DNA of 64,000 nt, taken from Candidatus Buchananbacteria bacterium. Lineage in GTDB: Bacteria; Patescibacteriota; Patescibacteriia; 2-01-FULL-39-33. Position numbers and translations under genes: made by a program. Positions 44,314 to 53,562 of this stretch are shown here, piece after piece (the stretch's first letter is position 1; every line of letters begins with the position of its first letter). The stretch covers positions 6,393 to 70,392 of the forward strand of contig CAISTG010000004.1 of NCBI GenBank assembly GCA_903888345.1, in the 5' to 3' direction. The notes below the pieces were generated by a model. The model made no database searches. It was not told where the DNA came from and worked only from the letters and a program-made list of their open reading frames with translations.

Positions 44314-45903
44314 TTAGAGTTGCTTTAACATGTAAGTGCCGGTCAGACGGTAGCCAGATTTCTGGTAGTACTGGCGGACGCCAATACCTGAGATGATGGC
44401 TATTTTTTTTAGTTTATTTTTTTGCGCAATTTTTTCAGCTTCAAGTAGTAATTTTTTACCTAGACCCAAATGCTGTACTTCACCAGAAGTTCCGATTTCA
44501 GCTAGTTGACCGTAAGTGTGAAGTTCACGGATGAGGGCAGAATCAATTAATTCGGTTAGGGGAGCTTTGGCTGGTTCAGCCGGCAGACGTAAGCGCAGAA
44601 AGGCATAGAGAACTTTTTGATCAGGAGACTCAAAGGATAAAAAGTATTCAGTGCCACCATTACTTTGATATTTACGGGTAATCAATTTTAATTTTTCGGT
44701 TTGAGTTGGTTGGTGGCCCGCTTCACGGCAGCGGATACACTGACAACTCCAACCATCAAGTTTAGCTTGTTGTTGCAGGAGTTGGCGTAGGTTAGTAATT
44801 TTATTTCCGGCGATAATTGATTCTTCCGGAATATCCCGTATTAAACGAGTGATGCGCACCCAGGGCGGCGTCATCTTTTTTATTTTGATTAACAAAGTTA
44901 ATAATTGCTTATCGGTATAGGGTTTGTATTTGCCTTGCTTATAGAGTTTATTTAAATCGGCGAATTCATTGACAACACAAGGATAGATTTTAATCATGTC
45001 TGGCATGTAATTGCCATCAGTAAAGATTTTTTTGAACATGGCCAAATCTTTAGCGGGAGTTGAGCCATACATATTGGGCATCAAATGTAGATTGAGTTTG
45101 AAGCCAGCGTCCTTAAGTAATTTAATGGCAGCAATACTTTGAGCGGCGGTGTGGCCGCGACGATTTATTTTTAAAACTTGATCATCGGTATGTTGAATGC
45201 CCAACTCGACACGCGTACAACCGAAATTTCGCAGGCGTTTGACTTCAGTTTGATCAATATAGTCGGGTCGAGTTTCTAAAGTTAAGCCGATACAACGATG
45301 TTTGGCGGTTTCATTTTTCTTTTGGGCTTCAGTTAAAGTTTTAGCGGACTTACCATTGAGAGCCTCGAGGCAACGCTTAATGAACCAATTTTGGTATTGG
45401 TGGGCGTGGTAGGACCAAGTTCCGCCCATCACGATTAATTCTACTTTATCGGTGGTGTGACCATTAGCTTCTAAGGCTTTAAGGCGCATCGTTACCTGAC
45501 GGAAGGGGTCAAAGTCGTTTAAAATGGCGCGCATGACGGCCGGTTCGTTGCTGAGGTAAGATTTGGGCATGTTCTTTTCGGTCGGACAGAAAAGGCAGTT
45601 TCCGGGGCAGTCTTGGGGTTTGGTGAGAACAGAAATGACGGCGACGCCCGATAATGTTCGCACGGCACGCTTCGTTAGTAATCGTTCAAGATTTTTGTTC
45701 ACTTTGATTTTCTTGTCTTTCACGAGCCGGCGGTATTGTTCTAGCAGTTCCGATTTTTGTGGTGGTGGCAATTTCAGTTTGCCAGCCGCTTTTCGCGCCA
45801 AATTAAAAAGTTCCTTCTCGGAAGTAGGATTGGCTTGACTTAACTCTAAAGCGATGGATTTTAGTTTGTTGATGGCCATAATGATTAAAATATAGTATAG
45901 CAC
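44314..45903 (-). CDS. Elp3-family radical-SAM + GNAT protein (tRNA uridine-34 acetyltransferase-like)
   Basis: Radical-SAM Cys triad CPGNCLFC (Cx3Cx2C), a TIM-barrel core and a C-terminal GNAT domain (HLGLGKKLLLEAEKIA...IAIISGIGVRQYY). Confidence 0.8.
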   Translation of the reverse strand: MLYYILIIMAINKLKSIALELSQANPTSEKELFNLARKAAGKLKLPPPQKSELLEQYRRLVKDKKIKVNKNLERLLTKRAVRTLSGVAVISVLTKPQDCPGNCLFCPTEKNMPKSYLSNEPAVMRAILNDFDPFRQVTMRLKALEANGHTTDKVELIVMGGTWSYHAHQYQNWFIKRCLEALNGKSAKTLTEAQKKNETAKHRCIGLTLETRPDYIDQTEVKRLRNFGCTRVELGIQHTDDQVLKINRRGHTAAQSIAAIKLLKDAGFKLNLHLMPNMYGSTPAKDLAMFKKIFTDGNYMPDMIKIYPCVVNEFADLNKLYKQGKYKPYTDKQLLTLLIKIKKMTPPWVRITRLIRDIPEESIIAGNKITNLRQLLQQQAKLDGWSCQCIRCREAGHQPTQTEKLKLITRKYQSNGGTEYFLSFESPDQKVLYAFLRLRLPAEPAKAPLTELIDSALIRELHTYGQLAEIGTSGEVQHLGLGKKLLLEAEKIAQKNKLKKIAIISGIGVRQYYQKSGYRLTGTYMLKQL

Positions 45904-45935
45904 TTATAGGCGAAAATATCAATGGTCGTCGATCA

Positions 45936-45963
45936 TTGACAAATTATAGCTATCGGGTATAAT
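45936..45963 (+). promoter_or_regulatory. Consensus sigma70 promoter (TTGACA-16-TATAAT) for cassette I7
   Basis: Reads aTTGACAaattatagctatcgggTATAATa. Confidence 0.6.
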
Positions 45964-46023
45964 ATCCTATCAGTCTATTGTTACTGAGAAGTACATTTAA
46001 ACCAAACCAGAGGAGAATTCATC

Positions 46024-46647
46024 ATGACTGAGTCGATGCGGCAAAATCCGAATGCCAGCGAGTTTCCAATGTGTACTGCTCGACCGATTGAGGAGCCACA
46101 GGGACAAGTATATTTTGATCAGTTTTGTCAGTCGATGCCGACCTGGAAGAGAATTCGACCTAATCGACGGCTTGAGCTGATGGGAGAGTTCCGGCGTGCG
46201 CTTCAATCAAGACACATGCCGATTGGTGATTTGGCCAATCGGGTTATTGAAGCTAACGGCTTGAACCTGGAAGTACCCGCGGGCATTAAACGGGTGAAAT
46301 TTATTAAGACTACACTGAAAGAAATGACCGGGAAAGATGAAGCGGATTACTTCGAAATCTATTCTCACTTCATTGGTCTCCAAAATTTCCCGCTGGCCGT
46401 TTGGTTGAATTTGCGCCTACAGTATCTGGACCAACCGCATAATGAGTGCCTTTACACTTTGTCGCGTTATGAAGCTATCAATGTTGATGGCCGAACTATC
46501 GATTGTGTTTTGGCAATCGATAATGATCCTTCGATTGGTAAGTGGCTTTATGGTCGGTCGATCGGTTATTTTGCGGCTCCCACGGTATTTTCCGGCGACT
46601 CGCTTTGGTTGATACCAAGTGTGCCAATGCCAAAACTGGCAACCTAA
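46024..46647 (+). CDS. Hypothetical protein, 207 aa (GC-rich cassette I7, gene 1)
   Basis: GAGGAG SD and C/G-ending codons. No recognisable motif. Confidence 0.6.
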   Translation: MTESMRQNPNASEFPMCTARPIEEPQGQVYFDQFCQSMPTWKRIRPNRRLELMGEFRRALQSRHMPIGDLANRVIEANGLNLEVPAGIKRVKFIKTTLKEMTGKDEADYFEIYSHFIGLQNFPLAVWLNLRLQYLDQPHNECLYTLSRYEAINVDGRTIDCVLAIDNDPSIGKWLYGRSIGYFAAPTVFSGDSLWLIPSVPMPKLAT

Positions 46648-46662
46648 GAAAGGGTTAATGAT

Positions 46663-46839
46663 ATGTCGGAAAGTGAGGCGGAAAGAAAGGAAAGATTGGC
46701 TCGGGAGTATGCAAAAGTGGCCGTCACTCAGACGCCACAAGAAAGACGTGAGTTCGAGCGGGCGCAAGCAAAAAAAGAGGAATTGGATGATTTGGCTAAT
46801 TATGGAACGCCCGTTGATGCTTTTCTGAAAGATAGTTAA
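46663..46839 (+). CDS. Small charged helical protein, 58 aa (cassette I7, gene 2; below the 60-aa ORF-track cutoff)
   Basis: ATG at 46663 sits 15 nt after the stop of the 46024 gene with AAGGG upstream. Translation is MSESEAERKERLAREYAKVAVTQTPQERREFERAQAKKEELDDLANYGTPVDAFLKDS. A terminator follows directly. The listed 46619..46828 ORF is in another frame and is implausible. Confidence 0.45.
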   Translation: MSESEAERKERLAREYAKVAVTQTPQERREFERAQAKKEELDDLANYGTPVDAFLKDS

Positions 46840-46851
46840 TTGTACATTTCA

Positions 46852-46887
46852 CCCGCTAGAGCGTATTGCGCTGGCGGGTTTTTTATT
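46852..46887 (+). terminator. Intrinsic terminator of cassette I7
   Basis: CCCGCTAGAGCG-tatt-GCGCTGGCGGG followed by TTTTTTATTT. Confidence 0.75.
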
Positions 46888-46923
46888 TGATAATTATTAA
46901 AAATATGCTAAAGTAAAGCCAAT

Positions 46924-47658
46924 ATGAAACCAAAAACTCAAAAAATATTAGACCAAGTCCAGAATATATATAATCAAATTTCGCGCGGTTTTTCCGATAC
47001 CCGTGGTAAATCTTGGCAAGGGTTTGGTGATTTTAATAAGTACACTAAGAATGGTGATAGTGTTTTAGATTTGGGTTGCGGTAACGGCCGGATGGCAGAT
47101 ATTTTTAATGAGCAGGCGATTGATTATTTGGGTATTGATAATTCATCTGAACTTATTAAGTTGGCGCAAGCTCGATTTACTAATCAATCCAACTACAGAT
47201 TTGAAGTTGGTGATGCTCTGACCTTTAGCTATCAGGAAAAATTCAATTTAGTTTTAATGATCGCCGTTTTGCATCATGTTCCGACTAGAGAATTGCGATT
47301 GCGAGTTTTAAAAAATACTTATAATTCCTTAAAGCCAGGCGGTCGCTTAGTAATTAGCAATTGGAATTTGTGGCAGGTGATTGGCGGTCGGAAACGTTTT
47401 AGATATTACCGCTACATCTTTGATTATGCCGAGAAATTAAAGCGGGGAGTTTGGCAGTTATCCGATGCTTTTGTGCCGTGGAAACCATTAGCTGGAGATA
47501 ATCTGCGCTATGTCCACTCCTTTAAGCGCGGTGAATTAGCCGGACTATTAAAAACGGCAGGATTTGTGATCGAGAAAATTAATTTTGAAACTAAAAATGG
47601 CGAACTGTCAGATATTTGGCACGGTGATAATTTGTTGGCGGTAGCTATCAAAAAATGA
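46924..47658 (+). CDS. Class I SAM-dependent methyltransferase
   Basis: Motif I VLDLGCGNGR and post-II LKPGGRLVI. Confidence 0.75.
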   Translation: MKPKTQKILDQVQNIYNQISRGFSDTRGKSWQGFGDFNKYTKNGDSVLDLGCGNGRMADIFNEQAIDYLGIDNSSELIKLAQARFTNQSNYRFEVGDALTFSYQEKFNLVLMIAVLHHVPTRELRLRVLKNTYNSLKPGGRLVISNWNLWQVIGGRKRFRYYRYIFDYAEKLKRGVWQLSDAFVPWKPLAGDNLRYVHSFKRGELAGLLKTAGFVIEKINFETKNGELSDIWHGDNLLAVAIKK

Positions 47659-47670
47659 TAAACTATAATT

Positions 47671-49053
47671 ATGAAAATAAATAAAAACATTTTTAAGGAA
47701 TACGATATCCGCGGTAAGTATCCGGAAGAATTAGATGAAAATACTGCCTATGCTTTGGGTTTGTCGTTTGCTAAATTGATTAAAGCCAAAAAAGTAATCA
47801 TTGGTCGCGATGCACGTCGCGAATCTGAGAAAGTATTTTGGCCGCTAGTTTTGGGTTTACTAGACAGTGGAGTCAAGGTTGATGATTTGGGTGTTTGCGC
47901 TACACCGGAATTGTTTTTTGCTGTTGGTGTCAAAAACTATGATGCTGGTTGTATGGTAACAGCTTCGCATTCGCCAGCCGGACAGACGGGCTATAAATTC
48001 TGCGATGGTCGTGGTCGCCCCTTGTTAACGGTTAGTCTCAACAAATTACAATCGATAGCTGGCCAAGTCAAACAGAAATTCGACGTTGCTGAATTAAAAA
48101 AACAAACTAAAGCGATCGACTTTGTTTCAGTGGTAGCGGAATACAAAAAATTTGCTTTGTCATTTATTAAGCCCGAAATACTAAAGAATTTAAAAATCGT
48201 CTTGGACGCCTCGAGTGGTTCCGGGTCGCGCTTAGCCGAAGATGTTTTTTGTGCTTTGCCGGCCACTGCTATTTTAATGAATTTTTGTACCACTGATCAG
48301 TATCCCGACCACGGTCCGAATCCCTTATTGCCGGAAAACCAGCAGTCAATTATTAAAAAAATAAAATCCGAGCAAGCTGATCTGGGAGTGTTGTTTGATG
48401 GCGATGCTGATCGTGCGATATTTTTTGATGAGACTGGAACTTTTGTGGAGCCGTATTACATTAATTGTTTATTATCGGAGCTAATACTTAAGAATAATAA
48501 GAAGATCAAATTAATGGTGGATGCGCGCTTAAGTCTCGGAATTTCAGAGACGATCAAGAGAGCGGGCGGGAAAGTTGTAAGACATCGCAGTGGTTTTTCT
48601 AATATCATCAACTCCATGGTGGCAAAAAATATATTGTTCGGTTGTGAAAATTCTGGTCATTTCATGTTTAATTTTGGCCTGAAAAAGAAAGGTAATTTCG
48701 TTTATGGCGAAGCCATTATCCCGGTTTTATTGGTGTTAAATTATTTGCAACAGAAAAAAATTAAATTGGCGCAAGCGCTTAAGCCGTTTAAAGACCAGTA
48801 TTTAATTTCTGGAGAGCTTAATTTTAAAACCGCTAAGTTTGCGGCTATTTGTAAAGTTTTACAGAAAAAGTTTGTCGGTTTAAAGTCAGATGAGATTGAT
48901 GGTTTATCATTTTTCGGTCCTAAAGGTGAATGGTTTTTTAATTTACGCACCTCACATACGGAGCCGGTAATCAGATTAAATATCGAAGCGAAAAATAGAG
49001 AGAAATTAAATCAGTTGAGAACAGAGATTGTTGCTATTATTAATAAATTTTAA
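47671..49053 (+). CDS. Phosphomannomutase/phosphoglucomutase (alpha-D-phosphohexomutase)
   Basis: Active-site loop MVTASHSPAG, metal loop FDGDADR and sugar-binding GCENSGH. Confidence 0.8.
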   Translation: MKINKNIFKEYDIRGKYPEELDENTAYALGLSFAKLIKAKKVIIGRDARRESEKVFWPLVLGLLDSGVKVDDLGVCATPELFFAVGVKNYDAGCMVTASHSPAGQTGYKFCDGRGRPLLTVSLNKLQSIAGQVKQKFDVAELKKQTKAIDFVSVVAEYKKFALSFIKPEILKNLKIVLDASSGSGSRLAEDVFCALPATAILMNFCTTDQYPDHGPNPLLPENQQSIIKKIKSEQADLGVLFDGDADRAIFFDETGTFVEPYYINCLLSELILKNNKKIKLMVDARLSLGISETIKRAGGKVVRHRSGFSNIINSMVAKNILFGCENSGHFMFNFGLKKKGNFVYGEAIIPVLLVLNYLQQKKIKLAQALKPFKDQYLISGELNFKTAKFAAICKVLQKKFVGLKSDEIDGLSFFGPKGEWFFNLRTSHTEPVIRLNIEAKNREKLNQLRTEIVAIINKF

Positions 49054-49062
49054 TTATATTTT

Positions 49063-49332
49063 ATGGCTAACAAATTTACGGCTGAACAAGCACAAGAAAC
49101 TGGGGAGCGGCTGGGAATAGATTGGACAAAATTTGATGTCGAACAATTTCGGATGGGAATGGACGTTGAATTGGAACATGGTACTCGCGATCCTAAAACC
49201 AACGTCACTAATGACGGACCATTTGTCACGGGAAAAATCGCTTTGGCTCATCTTAATGAATTTCCCGATTATTATACCCGCCTAAAAGCGATGGAAGAGG
49301 AAGCCGAAGCCTTTTGGGGAAAAGAAGACTAA
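49063..49332 (+). CDS. Small conserved hypothetical protein, 89 aa
   Basis: Acidic, helical protein. A terminator hairpin at 49344-49376 follows. Confidence 0.5.
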   Translation: MANKFTAEQAQETGERLGIDWTKFDVEQFRMGMDVELEHGTRDPKTNVTNDGPFVTGKIALAHLNEFPDYYTRLKAMEEEAEAFWGKED

Positions 49333-49376
49333 CCATTTTAAGAAATCCGTCGTAGGAAACTGGGCGGATTTTTTCA

Positions 49377-49405
49377 TTGACAAAGTTGATTTTTCTGCGT
49401 ATAGT
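49377..49405 (+). promoter_or_regulatory. Consensus sigma70 promoter (TTGACA-17-TATAGT) for cassette I8
   Basis: Reads aTTGACAaagttgatttttctgcgTATAGT. Confidence 0.6.
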
Positions 49406-49462
49406 GTCAACAGCTCTTTTACAGCAACCACGGTCCATATAACCAAATAGGAGGCACAGATT

Positions 49463-50938
49463 ATGGACTTTCACCAACCGGAACCGGCCGCAGTTAGTCA
49501 CACCGTTTTATTGATTTTTTCGGTCATTTCTATGAGCACTATGATGGGTACTCTCTTGTCACAGTGTGATTCTAGTCCGCCGGTAATTACTCTTAGTCCG
49601 GTTTCTCAGGTAGCCAATCCTGGTTCGCGGGTGGAGTTCGCGGTTGTAGCCACTGGGGGTCGCGCTTATTCTTGGAGTCATGACGGTCAAGAAATTTCCG
49701 GTCAGACGGAGGCGTCGCTGGTCTTTGACCAGGCCGCTCAAGAAAATGAGGGCAGCTATACCTGCTTGGTTTCTAACAATCAAGGCTCGGTCGTGACTGA
49801 ACCAGCTACCCTGGATGTTAATGATCCGCCAGTGATTGTCGAAAACTTTACGTCGCAAACAGTGACCGAGGGTCAGGAGTTAATTTTGACTGGTCAAGTT
49901 AGTGGCACAGAACCGTTCACTTATCGGATTTTACACAACAACAAATTAGTGGCGGAAACCGCTGAATGTCGTTGGCGTATTGAGCAGGTAACTCTGGATG
50001 ATATTGGTCCCTGGCGTTTTGCCGTGACTAATGTTACAGGGATTTCACTTCGCTCAGATCCGGTCAATGTGATCGTGAAACCAATTATTATTACGCCCGA
50101 AGGAGAGGGCGAGGGTGAAGGTGAGGGCGAGCCGCCGATCGAGGGTGAGCCGGAACCTATCTTGTGTCAGCAGAATTTCTGTGCGACAGCCAATGATGGC
50201 GATAATGCGAGTTCGCCGATTGATAAGAGTTTTTGTGAATATTTCGCTGATCTATTTACAAATGCTCCGCGAGACCTATTGGGTAATTATGTAAAGTTTG
50301 TTAATCTGTTCGATCCTAGTAAGCCGGGCGATATGAATGGTGCTTCATCCATTGACAAGTCTCAGGGTGAAGATAAAATGACAATTCAGGTCGGGAGTAA
50401 CCATATTCCTGATTGTGCCTACGAACTAAAATTGATCGAGGCAGTATTGCTAAAGCGAGATTTCTGCGAGTGTCACAGTGGTTTAAGTCATAAGCTGGTT
50501 CATGAGGCCTGGAATTTCAATATGGCCCGACTATCGCAAGATTTTGCTGGCTTGTATTGGACTTTGGCCGATGCAGTTTTGCCAGGCTTCAAGCAGATCT
50601 TGTGTGCTCATATGATGATTGGTAATGGCAATATCCAGTATTATAAGGATGATGTTCTGGTGCCGTTAACTGATCCGGAAAATGCCAATGCCAATAAAGT
50701 TATCGGTTATGGCTCAGGTGGCTTGGTTCAAGGAATCGCTTTCCTGCTGGGCAAAAATATTGCCAACTCTCGTTTGAATTTAGCGGATTATGCAACTTTG
50801 CCCGAATACTTTGGTCCGGATGGCGATGCTGATGGTGATGGAACAACTAATGCCGAAGAGTATGATGCTTTTGGATCTACTCCCGAGGCTTATGTGGCAG
50901 CAGCCCTTGATCCCGAAATCCATCTTGATAAGAAGTAG
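49463..50938 (+). CDS. Secreted or membrane-anchored protein with two Ig-like (I-set-type) domains, G/E-rich linker and a C-terminal domain bearing a DxDxDG Ca-binding-like motif (GC-rich cassette I8)
   Basis: AGGAGG SD. Domain 1 has W...DGQ and the EGSYTCLVSN Ig signature. Domain 2 runs FTSQTVTEGQELILTGQ...GPWRFAVTN. Linker PEGEGEGEGEGEPPIEGEPEP. Tail GPDGDADGDGTTNAEEYDAFG. Confidence 0.6.
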   Translation: MDFHQPEPAAVSHTVLLIFSVISMSTMMGTLLSQCDSSPPVITLSPVSQVANPGSRVEFAVVATGGRAYSWSHDGQEISGQTEASLVFDQAAQENEGSYTCLVSNNQGSVVTEPATLDVNDPPVIVENFTSQTVTEGQELILTGQVSGTEPFTYRILHNNKLVAETAECRWRIEQVTLDDIGPWRFAVTNVTGISLRSDPVNVIVKPIIITPEGEGEGEGEGEPPIEGEPEPILCQQNFCATANDGDNASSPIDKSFCEYFADLFTNAPRDLLGNYVKFVNLFDPSKPGDMNGASSIDKSQGEDKMTIQVGSNHIPDCAYELKLIEAVLLKRDFCECHSGLSHKLVHEAWNFNMARLSQDFAGLYWTLADAVLPGFKQILCAHMMIGNGNIQYYKDDVLVPLTDPENANANKVIGYGSGGLVQGIAFLLGKNIANSRLNLADYATLPEYFGPDGDADGDGTTNAEEYDAFGSTPEAYVAAALDPEIHLDKK

Positions 50939-50951
50939 AACTTTAGATCCC

Positions 50952-50987
50952 TGAGCGGGAGGAGAAATTCTTCCGCTTTTTTATTTC
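50952..50987 (+). terminator. Intrinsic terminator of cassette I8
   Basis: AGCGGGAGGAGAA-att-CTTCCGCT followed by TTTTTTATTT. Confidence 0.6.
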
Positions 50988-51023
50988 AATATGTATGATA
51001 AGATATTTATATATAATTAATTT

Positions 51024-51794
51024 ATGATTGGTATTTTTGACTCCGGTGTCGGAGGTTTAACAGTGGTCAAGGAACTGCGACGGCAACTGCCGGGCGCGTC
51101 TTTTATTTATCTTGGTGATAATGCCCGCACACCCTATGGTAATCGCAGTCAGGATATTATTCAAAAATATTCCAGTGATGATGTTGAGTTTTTGATTGGT
51201 AAGGGCGCTAAGGTAATTGTCGTCGCCTGTAATACTGCCTCAGCTTTAGCGGGTGAGTATTTAAAACAGAAATATGACTTGCCGATTTTTGAAGTGATTA
51301 CTCCAGCGGCAGCAGCAGCCTCTCAAGTGGCGATAGGACATGTGGGGGTGATTGGCACCCGTGGTACCATCAACAGCAATGCGTACGGTCGACAGCTTCA
51401 GGGATTACGTCCCGAATTATTAATCTCTTCTCAGGCTTGCCCGTTGTTGGTGCCATTAGTCGAAGAAAATTTGTTCAACCGGGCCGAAACCAAAATGATT
51501 TTGCGCAGTTATTTGCATCCTCTAAAATTAAAAGGAGTGGATACTTTGATTTTGGGTTGTACGCATTATCCGTTACTCAAAAAGCATATTCAGATAAAGG
51601 TTGGTGGACAAGTTAAATTGATTGATCCAGCCGAAGAAGTGATTAAGTCGCTGGGTGAGTATCTACTGGCGACTAAGCAAAATTTCGGTGATGGCGTTGC
51701 CGAATTTTATGCTACTGATCCTGATAGTCGGTTTAAGGAAATCGGCGAAGTCTGGCTGCAAGAAGAAATTGATTTACAGCGGGCTACTTTATAA
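51024..51794 (+). CDS. murI: Glutamate racemase
   Basis: Has IGIFDSGVGGLTV, VVACNTAS and GCTHYP motifs. Confidence 0.9.
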   Translation: MIGIFDSGVGGLTVVKELRRQLPGASFIYLGDNARTPYGNRSQDIIQKYSSDDVEFLIGKGAKVIVVACNTASALAGEYLKQKYDLPIFEVITPAAAAASQVAIGHVGVIGTRGTINSNAYGRQLQGLRPELLISSQACPLLVPLVEENLFNRAETKMILRSYLHPLKLKGVDTLILGCTHYPLLKKHIQIKVGGQVKLIDPAEEVIKSLGEYLLATKQNFGDGVAEFYATDPDSRFKEIGEVWLQEEIDLQRATL

Positions 51795-51802
51795 TTTAAT
51801 CT

Positions 51803-51846
51803 CAAAAAAAGAATCCCAGTCGCTTCATAGCGGCTGGGATTTTGTG
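51803..51846. terminator. Bidirectional terminator between murI(+) and the beta-CASP gene(-)
   Basis: AATCCCAGTCGC-ttcata-GCGGCTGGGATT flanked by an A-run and a T-run. Confidence 0.75.
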
Positions 51847-51852
51847 AACAAG

Positions 51853-53337
51853 TTATCTAACTTTAATTTTCAACTTTTCTTTTTCTTTGGGAATAACCAC
51901 CTGAGTACCATCAGGCGAGAATTCAGCTTCGAGTAATTGTTTCAAGTTGGCACTGCCAGTTTCTTCTCCGTGGAGAATAAAGATGGTTTGACCAGTTGCT
52001 TCAACTGAAAGAACGGCCTTGGCGTAATCAACGAGTTCAGAGCAATCAGCATGAGCCGAAAAACTTTGAAACAATTTGATTTGCGCTTTGATAATAACTT
52101 CTTGGCCATTCATATTGACTTTGGCAGGATTGCCTTGAAGTTTTCGGCCTAAGCTTGCCGGTGACATGTAGCCAACCAAACAAACAATAGTCTGATCACT
52201 GGGCAAATTGACGCGCAGGTGATTTCTCACGCGTCCCGCATCACACATTCCAGATCCGGAAATAACAATCAGTGGTGCCATTTTTCCGGCCAACTGGATT
52301 GATTCCTCATAGTCGGTAATAAATTGGACGTAAGGATTTTCTTTGTTAAACGGATTAAAGTCCAGCGTGTGCTTGTTTTTGAATGATCCTAGATCCCAGT
52401 ACTTGGCATAGACTTCAGTCAGCTTTACCGACATCGGGGAATCCAAGTAAATTGGAATGTCGGGTATTTTACCAGATTTCATGGCGAGCGTGAGCAAATA
52501 GATCAATTCCTGACTTCGTTGCAGAGCAAAGGAGGGGATGATAATCTTTTTGCCGCTTGAAGCGGCTTCGGTAATCGTCGCAAACAATTCATCAACTTCA
52601 GGTTGACGTTCCGGATGATGCTTATTTCCGTAAGTCGATTCGGTAAACCAGCAATCGAGCGGTTCTTTGACTACTGCCGGCGGATAAAGAAGCATACCTT
52701 CTTGCCGGCCCAAATCGCCGCTGAATCCTAAACGTAGGACTTTTTTGCTTTTCGGTTCCGTCATCGTCAAAACGGAAATGGCTCCACCCAAAATATGTCC
52801 TGAGGCATAAAACTTCAAAGTCATCTGATTAGACAGTTTGACTTGCTCTTTGTAGGTCAAGCCAGATTTCATAATCAAATTAATCGCCTTGGCGACATCA
52901 CGTTCCGTAAACAAGGGCCCAGTTTCTTTCGAGGTGCGGTCTTTGTTACGGGGGCGTTCATCGGCATGTTGGCACTTTCTTTTGGCCAACTCGCGCTGAA
53001 TCTTAAAAGAGTCAGCCAGCATGATAGGAATTAGGTCAGCCGTTTGTTTGGTACAGAGCACTTTTCCTTTAAAGCCGTTATTTACCAAAAACGGCAACAG
53101 GCCGACATGGTCAATATGAGCATGGGTGATGATGACGTAGTCAACTTTAGCCGGATTAATGCTTTTGAGCAGTTTGGAATTGTTGGCAAAAAAGTTTTTG
53201 ACATCGCCCTGAACTAGGCCGACATCAACCAGAATAGTCGTAGTCTTTTTTCCGCAGCTGACCGAAATTGCAGTGCAAGAACCGGTCAGATTGTCCGATG
53301 TGGCTAGGCCGCCGAGAAATTCCAGCGATACATCCAT
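51853..53337 (-). CDS. MBL-fold beta-CASP family ribonuclease (RNase J / CPSF-like)
   Basis: Metallo-beta-lactamase motif ITHAHIDHVG and downstream His/Asp ligands, followed by beta-CASP and C-terminal RNA-specificity regions. Confidence 0.65.
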   Translation of the reverse strand: MDVSLEFLGGLATSDNLTGSCTAISVSCGKKTTTILVDVGLVQGDVKNFFANNSKLLKSINPAKVDYVIITHAHIDHVGLLPFLVNNGFKGKVLCTKQTADLIPIMLADSFKIQRELAKRKCQHADERPRNKDRTSKETGPLFTERDVAKAINLIMKSGLTYKEQVKLSNQMTLKFYASGHILGGAISVLTMTEPKSKKVLRLGFSGDLGRQEGMLLYPPAVVKEPLDCWFTESTYGNKHHPERQPEVDELFATITEAASSGKKIIIPSFALQRSQELIYLLTLAMKSGKIPDIPIYLDSPMSVKLTEVYAKYWDLGSFKNKHTLDFNPFNKENPYVQFITDYEESIQLAGKMAPLIVISGSGMCDAGRVRNHLRVNLPSDQTIVCLVGYMSPASLGRKLQGNPAKVNMNGQEVIIKAQIKLFQSFSAHADCSELVDYAKAVLSVEATGQTIFILHGEETGSANLKQLLEAEFSPDGTQVVIPKEKEKLKIKVR

Positions 53338-53512
53338 TGCTTTCTCCTTGGTTGATGGTTGCGGACGTTGTGAGGGGTAATGATGGCCTTATATTTTCAA
53401 GGAACTGAAACTATCTTTCTGGTTTTCATCTTATAGTATAATCAAATTTTATGCAAATTTAATAGATTTTGTGCCGATATTTGATAATACTCAACATTTA
53501 TCGGTAAAAAAA

Positions 53513-53560
53513 GCCGTCCCGCCTCAGTTTTGATAAACTGAGATTGGACGGCAGTTAAGG
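53513..53560 (-). terminator. Intrinsic terminator of plsX
   Basis: Long hairpin GCCGTCC..CTCAGTTT-tgat-AAACTGAG..GGACGGC. On the minus strand it is followed by TTTTTTTACC. Confidence 0.7.
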
Positions 53561-53562
53561 TA

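Noticed and set aside
46619-46828. 69-aa ORF MCQCQNWQPKKG... downstream of the 46024 gene
   Set aside because: It is Arg/Lys/Trp-rich nonsense in a different frame from the better small ORF at 46663-46839, which has an RBS-like purine tract, a coherent helical translation and ends at the terminator.
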